Below are positions 1 to 26,100 of a DNA stretch of 64,000 nt, one piece after another. The notes beneath the pieces are model-generated. The model saw only the letters and a program-made list of their open reading frames with translations, was not told the origin of the DNA and ran no database searches. Position numbers and translations under genes: made by a program. Origin of the DNA: Chrysomallon squamiferum (Eukaryota; Animalia; Mollusca); NCBI GenBank assembly GCA_012295275.1, contig CM022666.1:9176001-9240000 (forward strand), read 5' to 3'. Position 1 is the stretch's first letter; each line of letters starts with the position of its first letter.

Positions 1-220
1 AATCATTTAAAAAAAATTATAATATTTATGTATATATATATATATATATTAACAGAAATAATAAAATAAAAATAGATAAATTAAACACAAATTATATTAC
101 AGATTTTTTTTTTCTTTTAGTATTGTTTGAAAGTAATTTAATTGTTTTATCTAATTAAAAACAAAAGTTAAAAATAATAAAAGTTTGATATATATAAAAA
201 AAAGGTTTATTTTAATTTAC

Positions 221-13747
<13,527 letters not shown>

Positions 13748-13955
13748 ATTATGATTTTCACGTAAAGTTATCCAACTGAGATTCGCACAATGTAATTCAT
13801 TTAGTATCTAAAATTAGCTTTAAAATACTCTAATAATTACTTTATATTTTCTATCATATAAATAATATAGATTTTAATTGAGATTATGTTTGATCACAGA
13901 AATAGTTTCGTAAATGACAGAGGTCGTGAGGGCGCTAATTACAAACCATCTAAAT

Positions 13956-14233
13956 CACTGGTTTTCAAACTTTTTCATACCGCGACCCTTTATGAGCAAC
14001 CAGTATGACCGATGACCTCCTTTAAATAACATCTAGGGTTACTATAATTTTCATCAATCAAAGACGGTACAAAAGGAATCTGTATTCACTAAGACGGGTC
14101 CCAAACCTATCTAAACGTTTTTATTTATTCCTCCTTCCAAGTCAAGTTGAAACAAGCTAAAACATACCCTCATTCAAGAACGATCTCGCGACCCCAGAAA
14201 AAAGGCTAGCTACCCCCAGGATGAAAACCTATG
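13956..14233. mobile_element. hAT (Charlie/Buster-like) MITE, 278 bp
   Basis: Termini CACTGGTTTTCAAAC...GATGAAAACCTATG; exact 8-bp TSD ATCTAAAT (13948-13955 and 14234-14241) with the central TA typical of Buster/Charlie; internal cgcgaccc motifs. Confidence 0.85.
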
Positions 14234-15399
14234 ATCTAAATATTAGTAGCAGTAATAGTAGTAATAGTAGGCTACTAATAGTAGTAGCAGCAGTAGTAGC
14301 AGCAGCAGTAGGAGGAGGAGCAGCAGTAATAAACGAACAAAATAAAAAAATAAAATAAAAAAACTTAACTAAGATTATTGTGACAGTGAAGGAAGTGTTT
14401 TTCGTTTAATGGTTATTGCTATCTACGGGATTCAGAATGTGATTATTTAATTTAACATTTAAGAAAGAAAAGTATTTGTAAACTGTTAAAAGTATTATGA
14501 TGATGCTAACATGTAGCCAAAACATACTTTATGACAAATGAAATATTTGATTTATCCCATTGCGAATATAACAATACTACTGGTAAATTTGCTACTGCTA
14601 CAACTAATACAATTACAAAAACTACTACTACATCTACTACAACCAATACTATCACTATAACTACTAATAATAATACTGTTATAACTACCATTACTGCTGC
14701 TATTAATACTTCTACTGCTACTACTACAACTACTACACTACTACTATACACGTGAACACTGTGTGTTCTATCAGGCTATTTAAATGTCATTGAGTTTATT
14801 AACTACTTGTGTTTACACTGATTGCTATCTGCCACGGTATTTGTGTTAAGTGATACTTTGGATATCAGTTTCGCTAACTGCACAGAGCATTATCGGATTA
14901 AACTACACATTGCATCTCTGTACAACAAGCCAGATACCCCCTAATGGTTTAGTGTTTATTTATTTATTTATTAAGCTGCTAATAAGAAATGTAGTATAAA
15001 TACAAACACACTCATTTACAAACATACATATGTGCTGAGAGATTCAAACATGCAAATGCATAAATACACACACACACATACACACACACACACACACACA
15101 CAACATGGCCATAATTTTTAGGACTGCTTGATGAATACTGCACACACTCTAAAGATGTTAAATTCATAATAAATATTAAGTTCACTCAATAATATAATCA
15201 TGGATCATAATGGGAAACTAATTATTCAGTTCCCTTATTATGAAATAGTTCTCAGACAGAACTGCACAGTCGCATCATAATATGGTACAAAAATTATAAG
15301 TGCCAGAGACTGATCAACATTTCACCAGTATACTCTGTGACAATAAGCACCATACACAATTACATACATACAGAAATGCATATAAAAAATTTAATATTC

Positions 15400-15780
15400 T
15401 TAAATCACGAATAGCCTATTCATTTTCGTCATTTTCCGTCATCTAACGGTTACTTAAAGTTCTATTGACGGATAATACCGAGTTGCTACGATTGATGGAT
15501 GAGCCAGACGGCCTAAAACGAACTTCCTGTTAACACCTGCTGTCAACTTTATTAATGTTGTAAACATCACGGGACTAAAATTGTAACTACTTTCGAAAGG
15601 TAATTGTCAAATTTTTTAAATTAAAACACTTTTTTTTCATATGATACGCAGAAAGAAAACTGATGCTTAGTTTTATTGCATAACAAAAATATTGTCTAAA
15701 CCGCGGCAAATTGCGTTGGCTTAACCACTTAAACCAGTTAAATTTGCAGTTTCCCGGAAACACAGTTGTGTAGCTTGTCA
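15400..15780 (+). promoter_or_regulatory. Candidate INPPL1 promoter and non-coding first exon, divergent from ATG16L1
   Basis: Local CpG enrichment, ETS-like ACTTCCTGT (~15522), donor-like AAG|GTAATT (~15600), GAS-like TTCCCGGAA (15751-15759). Inferred from motifs and position only. Confidence 0.4.
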
Positions 15781-18536
15781 AATGGGGGACAAAATTATAT
15801 TAATTCGTTTTTCACATAATTAGCCCCGAATGCTTTAGGCATTCTAGAAGTTAAAAGTAAATGCATTTAGATTTAACAGTCAAGAGATTTAAAATAAAGG
15901 GAAGCTCTTTTTAATTTTATTTTTATGACAATAAAGAGGAATAAATTGTTAATCATTTAGGGTTAATATTTTACTTATTTTTTGTTTTATCGTACGTGAC
16001 TAATGTTACTGTTCTGTAGCCCTATCAATATACAATCCAATAAAATAGTGTTTGTTTAGTCATTAAAAGATTTATGAAATGAAAATCGGAATTAAATTCT
16101 TTTAATAAGAGCTTACTTTTGATTTTCAATAAATTTTATATAGAACATTTAGGAAACTAATTTTTTACACAGATACAAATTTTTGGAACTAAAAGTATTT
16201 GTGTTATTTTAAATGGCTATTATTCGTTAAGGTTGACTGTTTTGTCCTTTTGTCAAATTGGGGATAAAATTTATCAGGTGAAAAATAATCAGTAAAAAAA
16301 AAAAAAAAAAAAAAAAGATAAATTCACCAACCAGTTTTCTTAACAGTGAGTAATAAATAATACATCTCCATTTTGAACTGTACATTTAGCATTTTCTGTT
16401 ATTGTTTTGCACATAAAATGAAAATAATAATAATTTTATTTATTTATTTCCAGAATTAAAATTGTTTAATGGTCATATTTACATGAATAAAGTATAAAAT
16501 ATGACATTGTTATTTAAATTAATTATTGGTTGAGGTCAGTAAAGTATAATTTATGTTATATAAATTATAAAATATCTTGTTGTTTAACTAATTATGTTAC
16601 TTTGCTTTATTCACAACCTGAATGATAAAATGATGAACAGTATTAATGATAAACATATAATGACAAATGAACAACAACAATTACATATTGTGACAGCTGA
16701 ATGGCATAATGGTGTATATCTTACTGCACCCTTCTTTAAATATATATATATTGTTTATTATTATTATTATTTTTTTATAAACATTTTTATAAAATTTTTA
16801 TATTAAGTTAATTTGTATTTAGAAAACATTGGTTATAAATATTTAAAATATTTGTAATTCATTTTTCAGGAATTATCAGTTACATTAATTATTCATGTGA
16901 TGAGTATATATGTACATACATAACAATTATTTTCTCATAAAAATTACATTTAAAATTATTTGCACTGAATGAACATAAGTATTCAGTTTTTTTCTATGAT
17001 GTGATATTAACCTATATCACCAGAATAGATCTATAAATAACACAAACAATGACTTCCTGGTCATAAATTTCAATCACACTTGTGAGCAAACAGCAAGGGT
17101 CACATTACCATGTTGATAAAATTTGCTGTCTTTTTTTTTTGTATTTTAATTTTACTTTTTTTTTCAATTTTTTACTTTTACTTTTTTTTCAGAAGAATTT
17201 CATTTCAGATTCATATATGTACATTGATAAATGTACAAATATATCACAAAGTTGTTTTTTGTTAATAATTATAATTATTATTAATTAATGGTTTATTATA
17301 TTATATTTATTATATTAACTTAAATAACATTTAAGTTTAAGTTTATTATTTATTTTATTTATTGTTTTGCTTTTAAAAATTTATTTTGATTTAAAAAAAG
17401 AAGGGTCAATCTAATTCCTATTTAATAATGCATGGTTGATTTTTTAAATACTGTTTTGTTTATTTTTCTTTTGTTGTTAGTTTATTTATGTAGAATTTGA
17501 TAGAGTTGTAGCTGATTAAACATTTGTTTTTTGTTATTACTATCTGTATTTATACCTGTAGTGAGATACTGTCTATAAATCCAGGTGTTCTATTTTAGAT
17601 AAAAAACAATCACATCACCTCAGTGATAGTATATTTTTGTCAAATAAGAACACAATCACACTACCTCCCAGTAAAAAGTATTAATTTACTCTTTTAACCA
17701 CACTAATCTGCAGTGATTGTATAGTGTATTTGTATTAAGTAAAAAAAACAAAAACAGGTGGGTTTCACAGTTAAAAGTGATTAACTCACTGTAAGAACTA
17801 CATTGATCCACAAAGATAGTGTACTTACTTGTGTTAAATAAAATCTTAATCTCAGTGTCTCACTGTTAAATTCTAGTTGACTCACTGTGATCACAGCAGT
17901 ATGCTTTTATACAGTCTGTTTATATTATTTTTGTTTACTGCTTCCACAGATCCATTTCATTCTTTGAAAGAAAAAGAAAATGTTACAAGATATATATTCA
18001 GAAGATCTTATTTTATATTTTAATTTTTTAAATTGTCATCTTTATATTTGTTAATATATATATATTTATAAAATTAGACATGTCTTGCAAAGTTTCAGTT
18101 CTTATGAATAAAGTTTTATTTCTTGAGGTATCATTAGTTAGACAAGTTTTTTTTTTTCGTACTATCTGAATATTAACAGAATGAGATTGGTGTAAAATAC
18201 AGACATATGAGCATACTCTATAAAAATTAATTTTAGAAGAAACATATGTGCTAATTTCCATTCCAGACATGGCCTCCCAATTGGTTTATCAAAGAACCTT
18301 CCTGTTAATGAAAATGGATACATAAAAGATTACTTGCTACTAATCTTTGGAATAATCCCAAGAGAAGCAACAGTTTGTTTCTTTTTCAATTTTATCATGT
18401 AATAAATCCCTGAATCATAGCACATACCAAATGTTTAATGTATTGATATGTTATTATATCATATATATATATGTCTGGAATATATTCTGAACATTGGTAA
18501 AAGTGTAGCATATCATAGATACTTTACATCAGTGTA

Positions 18537-18776
18537 TTATATATGTAGTGTATATCAGTGATACATTTTCAAAAACATGTTTTTTTTAAAACAACAAAGT
18601 ACTGTGCCTGAAGCTTTAGTTTCAGAGGCAATAAAATGAACCAATGCATTATATATGTAGTGTAAATCAGTGATACATCTTTTATAAGTCTAACATCTTG
18701 ATAAATGTGTTTTTAAAAAAACAAAAACAAAGTACCATCCCTGAAGCTTTAGTTTCAGAGAAAATAACATGAACAA
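18537..18776. repeat. Two-copy tandem duplication, ~112-125 bp
   Basis: ttatatatgtagtgta.atcagtgatacat...acaaagtac....cctgaagctttagtttcagag occurs twice. Confidence 0.85.
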
Positions 18777-20226
18777 TTCCCTGGTTATTATTTTTATTTT
18801 TATTTTATTTTATTAAACTCAATCCACTATTGTTTTTTCTCAGACCTAAGCAATGAATGCAATTATAAAAGTATTAAATAAATTTAAAACAAGAAAAACA
18901 ACAATAATAATTACATAATTATAATACTAATTTATTTCTGTTACTATTAAGTATATTTAACCAATACAGTAATCATGGTTTTGAATTCTCCTTTACCTAT
19001 AGAGACAGCTTTAGAGGTCACAATATACTGTATTTTGTATTTAATCTCCAGTGTGTTTATTAGCATTCAAACTGCTCAGTGGATGTAGCTCATAGATTTT
19101 TTAGAAACAAAATATTCTATATGTATGGTTATTTTCATAATTATTGAAAATTCTTTGGGAAAATATTAATCTGTATATTGTTTAAACAGTATAATCTGTA
19201 AACGTCATAATTCACAAGATAAATAACAAACAACAAAAAAGAAAAAAACATTGTCTATCAGTTACATATCATCTGCCTTTTACCTCTTGACTATTTTGTA
19301 ACTTATGTACTACTATTATTCATACACAGCCACAAGTGAAAAGATAAATTATTTACTAACATCAAATTCTGTGGAGACTCACTTCCTGGTCATTTGAGAT
19401 AACACAAAACTTCAAGTATCTCACAATAGTTTTCAAAAAGGAAGTATTAACTAAAAAAAATAACTGTTCATATTGATATGTGCATAGGTATCGTATGTAC
19501 ACAGTCACAGTCTAGTGAGTCATGTTATGATTCATATGAAATTTATTAAAATTTATTAAAATAAGTGTTTGAATTTTCAGTATTTGAAATGTTCAAATCT
19601 GGTTAATTTAGAAAGCTAAAAAGGTAAAACCTTCATATTTTATAAAATTTTATTAAAATAAGTTACAAAAACCAGTGTTTATTTGTACTGGTGTTTGGGT
19701 ATATAATAATAAACTTTTCTAGTGTTTTAATTTTGATACAGTTATAAAATATTTTATATTATTTTGTTTCTGATAATTCAGTAAAAACAGGTTTTTTTTC
19801 TTTTGTGTGTTTTTAAAAAAAAAATTAAATAGTATGTCTGATTTATTACTTTTTAACATCTTTATTACTGAAGTATGGGTATTGTCATTTAACAGTCACA
19901 TTTTATCTATGGTAGAAATATATAACACTTAGGTATACTGGATTGATAAAGATTTTAAACTTAATATAATGCACAAGCAATTCTGTTATAACTTAGTTCA
20001 AGAAGAAACATCTAAATTTCATTATAATGATGCTCTAAAAGTTTCAGAAATATTTATTTATTTATGTTTTATTATTATCATTATTATTATTATTAATATT
20101 ATTTTCTTGTTGTTGTTGACATGTGTGATATTAAAATATTATGAATGATTTATTCTGTTTATAAAAAACTGTGTAAAGTTATAAAATATTAAATGTTTCA
20201 GGTAACAGAATGTAGTCTGTAACAGG

Positions 20227-23046
20227 ATGTTGCTACACACAGGTATTTCTAGACTCCGTGCTGAAGAGCTCCTACTGGCAGCAAAGGAAGATGGGAGTTT
20301 CTTAATTCGTGACAGTGAATCCCTGACTGGAGCATATGTCCTTTGTTTACTGTAAGTATTGTGTGTTGTGTATTGTGTATGTTTTGTGTATGTGTGCATG
20401 TGTTAAACTACAGGACCAGATTAAGAATTCAGAATCTTCTGATCTTCAGTTTGATCTTTTAGATTACATGCTGTTGAAATGACCTTTATTCATAATTATT
20501 TGTCAATAACAACTTATTAAAAATCTAGAGATGTAATATTTTTTATAAGTCATCAAATGCAATCAAAGCAAGAAAACCTCTTTTATCAAGTACTGTAATA
20601 ATAATGTGTTTTCTAACATGTCATCAAAATACATCTAGATATATCTAAACATTTTGTAAATCATATAAAGATAAAATAACTTGGGTCTGTTTTCAAGTTA
20701 GATGGACATGTTCTATGTATCATAACAATTATTTCAATAGCTGATTTAAAACTAATCTGTTCAGCTGGAAGTCTCGAATACATCAGTACCGAATTCTTCC
20801 ACAGAAAGATGGCAAGTTGTCAGTGCAGGTGAGTACAGCTGATTTGATTTGAAAAGTTATGGGGTGGTTACATATTATAAAGTTTTCTATTCTTTGATGG
20901 AAAAATGAAAGCCAGTAAAGAAACAATAATAATAAAACATTTAGTTAATTTGAAGTAAGCTTCAGTCAAAAGATCAGATCCAGTCAGCATTGACTTGGAA
21001 TGGGTAAATGTAATGGTGATATTACGTATTTCTTTAGAAGCAGATCCAATGACTTATTTATTTCAGTTAATATAATAATGATGTGTATATATTTTAGTCT
21101 CAAGGCAAAGTTCAGGCAGTTCGGTATAATGACATCAATGAACTTGTACATGGCTACATGCAGCGAGGAGATCAGAATGGGCTGGTTGGAGCTTTAAAGA
21201 AACCAGTCTTACCTGAAAAACAAGATGGTGCCTCCCTAGATTCTGGTATATGTTTAATTATTACATTCTGTTATATCATATCTTTAATTATTACATTCTG
21301 TTATATCATATCTTTAATTATTACATTCTGTTATATCATATCTAATTATTACTTTCTGTTATATCATATCTTTAATTGTTACATCTGTTATATCATATCT
21401 TTAATTGTTACAACTGTTATATCTTTAGTTGTTACATTCTGTGATATCAAATCTTTAGTTGTTACATATTGTTATATCATATCTTTAATTGTTACATTCT
21501 GTTACATTTTTAGTTATATTCTGTCATATCATATCTCTAATTGCTGCATTCTGTTATATCATGTCTTTAATTGTTACATTCTGTCACATCATATCTTTAA
21601 TTGTTACATTCTCTTATATCATTTCTTAAGTTGTTACATTCTGTTTTATCTTTGATACATTCTGTTATATCATTTCTTTAGTATTTCATTCTGTTATATC
21701 ATATCTTTAGTTACATTCTGTTGTATATCTTTAGTTGTTACATTCTGTCATATCATGTCTTTAGTTGTTACATTCTGTCATATCATATCTTTAGTTGTTA
21801 TATTCTGTCATATCGTACCTTTAGTTCTTATATTTGGTATGCACTATACTTTCAATTAAAAGTTAATATCAGTCCATCAATCTCTGTCTAAACATGATAC
21901 CAAAATAAAATAAAGTTACTGTTATTGTTCTCAAGACTCTATTATACAGATGTGGTACATTATATAATCCCCAAATTCTTAGAAAACAAGCAACACTAAT
22001 AACTGATTAATTCTGTGAAAAGTATCTTTTTAAATTTTTGTACCAGAGTTCCTTTAGAGGCAAACCTTTGTTATACTTACCTTATTACATTCTAGTATAA
22101 ATCTGATTGCTTTGGTTTTTTTTTGTGGGCTGTGTTTTTTTTTTATGTTTTTTTTTATTTATTTATATATTTAATTTTTGAATTTTTAATCTGACTTTTT
22201 TGTGTGTGTATTTTTTTGCGGGGGGATCAGTATTTATTTAGTTACTTTAACAAGATATTTAATATTTCAGATGATGATGATTATGATGAAGCAGACTTTT
22301 CACCTGATGTGTTTGCTCCCCCACTTCCTAATGAGTCTGATGATAAATACTTAACAAGAACTTTCAAATACAACTATCTCTCCAACTTTTCCAGACTTGA
22401 TTTGTCAAAGTAAGGGCATAGTTATACAATATGTGTGTCATATTTATGTGACAGCCATGATGAGATTTCTTTTTAACTATACATCATAATTGCTTGTCTA
22501 TATAAAAAAAATGTATCTGGTCAGTTGAATGGTCATCACAGACAGTTCTGTTACATTTAAACTGGCCTGATATGTTAACATACAGAAATGTTTTTACTCA
22601 CAGCAGACTTAAATGTATTATTTTAATATTTATTTCTTTAAATACTATTTTATTTATTTTTTAACACATTTATTTTCATTAACTTATTACTTCATTTATA
22701 TATATTTTTAATATGTTTATTATTATTAATTTGTTTTAATATTTATTTATTTATTTAATATTTTTTATTTACTTGTTAATATGTTTATTTTTATTAATTT
22801 ATTTCATTATTTTTTAATTTGCTCATTTTTTATTAATTTATTTTAAGAGTTATTTATTTCATTTAATTTTTAATATGTTTATTTTTGTTAATTTATTTTC
22901 ATATTTATTTATTTAATATTATTTGTTTTTTAGTATGCTTATTTTTATTTATTTCTTCATGATTTATTTATTTACATGTTTATTTTGTTATATAAGTTTA
23001 TTATTTATTTTTGTTTATTTGTTTATTTGTTTGTTTATTTATTTAA

Positions 23047-23078
<32 letters not shown>

Positions 23079-23146
23079 TTTAATTTGCTGCATAAGTTTA
23101 ATATTATTTTTATTTATTTAATATTATGTTTTTTAAATTTATTTTA

Positions 23147-23177
<31 letters not shown>

Positions 23178-26100
23178 CACATACACACATACACACACAT
23201 ATATATTTATTATTTATTTATTTATTATTTGACTTTTATTTAATTTGTTTAATAAGTTTATTAATTTATTTTTTGTTTGTTGTGTAGCTGTGATGGTGCA
23301 TTTGTGGACAGTTTAAAGAACTATATTGACAGTGGTTTAGAGAAAGATGCCACTAACTACCAAAAAGGAGATCAGCAACTGTCTGAGTTCCAGAAACTTC
23401 TACAAACTGCAGGGGCTGGATTACAGAGGTACTTGCTAAAATAACTTATTTTGTTACATTTTACTAAAACACTGAAGTATTTATCTGTTGAAAACATGTA
23501 AATATTTTTAAGGTGTTTTTTTTTGTGTTTATTTTAGTTTTATGTTTACTACTGAGGTATGTTGAGTGTTATGGTCAGTTGAGCTTCAACACAAACACTG
23601 AGATTTTCCAGCAGTGATCACAACCAATGTATCAAAGGCTCTAGTTTGTTCTGTGCAAAATAAAAATATATTTTGTAATGATTAGAATAATTCATGGAGT
23701 GATAAAATATTATTGCCAATTATAAGTACAGAGACAAACATTTGATAATTTAATAGTAATCTTTATCAGTAGTGCTTACTTTAAATCATGCATTTGTAAT
23801 TCTAGACATATCAATGGCCATATCTACATTAGATTGAAATATTGTATGTTTTTGTTTTAAAAAACCCATTTATTTTGCATTGTTAACTGATTTTCTCTAC
23901 AGGGAATTAGACATATTTTTACTGAAGATGTCAATCTGTAGTGACATCCTTTCTCAGACTGGTGGTGTTAAGGACAAACAGATATTTGGACAAAAGGATG
24001 CAGATAATGTACGATGTTTTGTTTGTTTTTCTTGGATTTTTTTGTTTCAAAAATGCATTATATAGCAAGAATCGTATTCCAGTCAGTTATTTACAAATAA
24101 AAAGTTGGATTATTTAGGTGTTCTGTTTATAATAAAATATTAAAATTTTAATTAAAATGTACATAGCATTTTGTTGTATTTATTTAGATAAAAATTAGAA
24201 AATTTTGTTGTTTTGTTATTTGATAATTTAAGTATTTATGTAAATTTTTTCTTTTATTAAAATTTGGCTGTAATGTCTTTTTTCTTCTTCTTTCTGTTTT
24301 AATTTAAATTTTGAAAATATAAAATATTATCTTCACATTAAAAAATAAAAGCATAAGAGAAATATTTATGTCATGAGTAAGACAACTGTTCAGTGCACCA
24401 TTTGAGTTATTTCCCTTCCCAGATCATGTTTCAAAGTTAGTGACCCTTTACTTACTAGTTTTACTGTTTATTATTTATATATGTTTCAGTTAGTGACAAT
24501 ATTTCACTATCTTGTTTTACTGATTATTATTTATTTTTCTTTCAGTCAGATGCTTCTTCTGTTTCACTTATGGTAGAGAAGTTGGGTCTAGCAAAGAAAC
24601 AGCTGCTGGAGGTTGACAAAAAGGTATAAACAAATTTAAAATTTCTGATATTATGTAAAGAAAGAAATGTTTTATTTAATGACCTGTTCTTAATATATGA
24701 CATCAAACACAGAGTGAAGAATCATGCAGATAATAAGGTAAGCAGTCAGATTCCATGTTACTTTTTTAGTTAGCAGCAAGGCATTGTTTTCTGTGCATAA
24801 ACAGAAAAGTACACTGCATACTGCACACTGACTTAGATGAAAAATAATTCTGTCTCTCTTTTCACTTCAGTACTTCACATGATGCTGTACAGAAACTAGC
24901 AGGTGACAGTTATTGTTTTATTTTAAATTAATAACTGATGTTGTTGTTTTGTCAGGCTCATGATGCTGTTCAGAATGTACCTAATGACAGTTACTGCTAT
25001 CTCGATGGTCAGGAATTACAAGATATCCGAGACCAACTGCAAGAATCTGCCTTTGAGTTGCCAAGGGCAACAATGCACATACCATTGGCTACATTTGAAG
25101 TAATTATTAATATTTCACTTTCTTTATTTACTATTCCCTATCTTTCAGTTATATTTTTAAATAATTTGAAGTTCCAGCTCAGTACTTTAAATCACATATT
25201 TACTAGTCCATTTGAAATAATTAAATTTCAAAATCAGTTTAATATACTCATCAGTTATTAAATCTGAAATATCAGTTAATTATTGTTTTAAAATAATTTA
25301 GTTTATGTCAAACATTTATGTCAAAATGATTAAAAACATTAAAACTATAATTATGTGATTATATGATTGTAACAAATTTGAAATTTATCATATTAAAAAC
25401 AAAATTTAAAATGTATTTCATAATACTGCAGAAATATCTCTATCTATTTCGAACAGCTTCAGTTTCAGTTAATTTTACTTTAAAAAAAAAAAAAAAAAAA
25501 AATTATGAAATTGTGGTAGCAAACTGACACAAGTACAAGATGAGGAAAAACACCATGCTGGCAGATTGGAAACAAATTTTTTACAAAATAACATTTCGTA
25601 TTCACTTTTTGACCAACTCATTATATTATTTGATATTGTCTTCATAGATTGAATCTTTTCTCCCTTTTTTTAAAAGCTTTTTATCCATTTATTTACTTAG
25701 TTTACATACAATGTGGCAAATTCAACATTCAAAGGGTTACACTGGACAAAACTGTTGCCTTTCTAGACTTGATTTTATAAAAACTGTCATAAAGAGTGTA
25801 CATGATGAAATTATAAGAAACCCCAACAAACACCTTTAATTAATATAGAGTAGGTAAAGACTATTTTTATTAACAGTATCATTAACAAAACATGTAATTA
25901 TTAATTTAATTAATAGGTGAAGGTGACCAAACCAGGAAAACTGACCAGCAAAATGACCCTAACAGTGGACTTGAAACAAGGCAGAATGCATGCTGTAAAA
26001 CCAACAAAAGATTTCCTTGATTCAAGCAATAATTTCAGCCACAATCAAAGTAAGTGTGTTATTGATAATATTGTATTTATTTCAGTACTAGAGCAAGCTG

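Noticed and set aside
14506-14755. Val-rich and Thr-rich ORFs on both strands
   Set aside because: Translation of an (ACT)n-type simple repeat; no splice or homology support.
21246-21655. Hydrophobic repeat extension of ORF 21158-21655 (LIITFCYIIS)n
   Set aside because: Read-through past the donor at 21246 into a 30-bp minisatellite; the spliced INPPL1 frame continues at 22271.
22600-23280. F/I/Y/L-rich membrane-like ORF (also 27591-27869, 38196-38390, 50962-51219)
   Set aside because: Low-complexity (TTTA)n/poly-T intron or UTR sequence.
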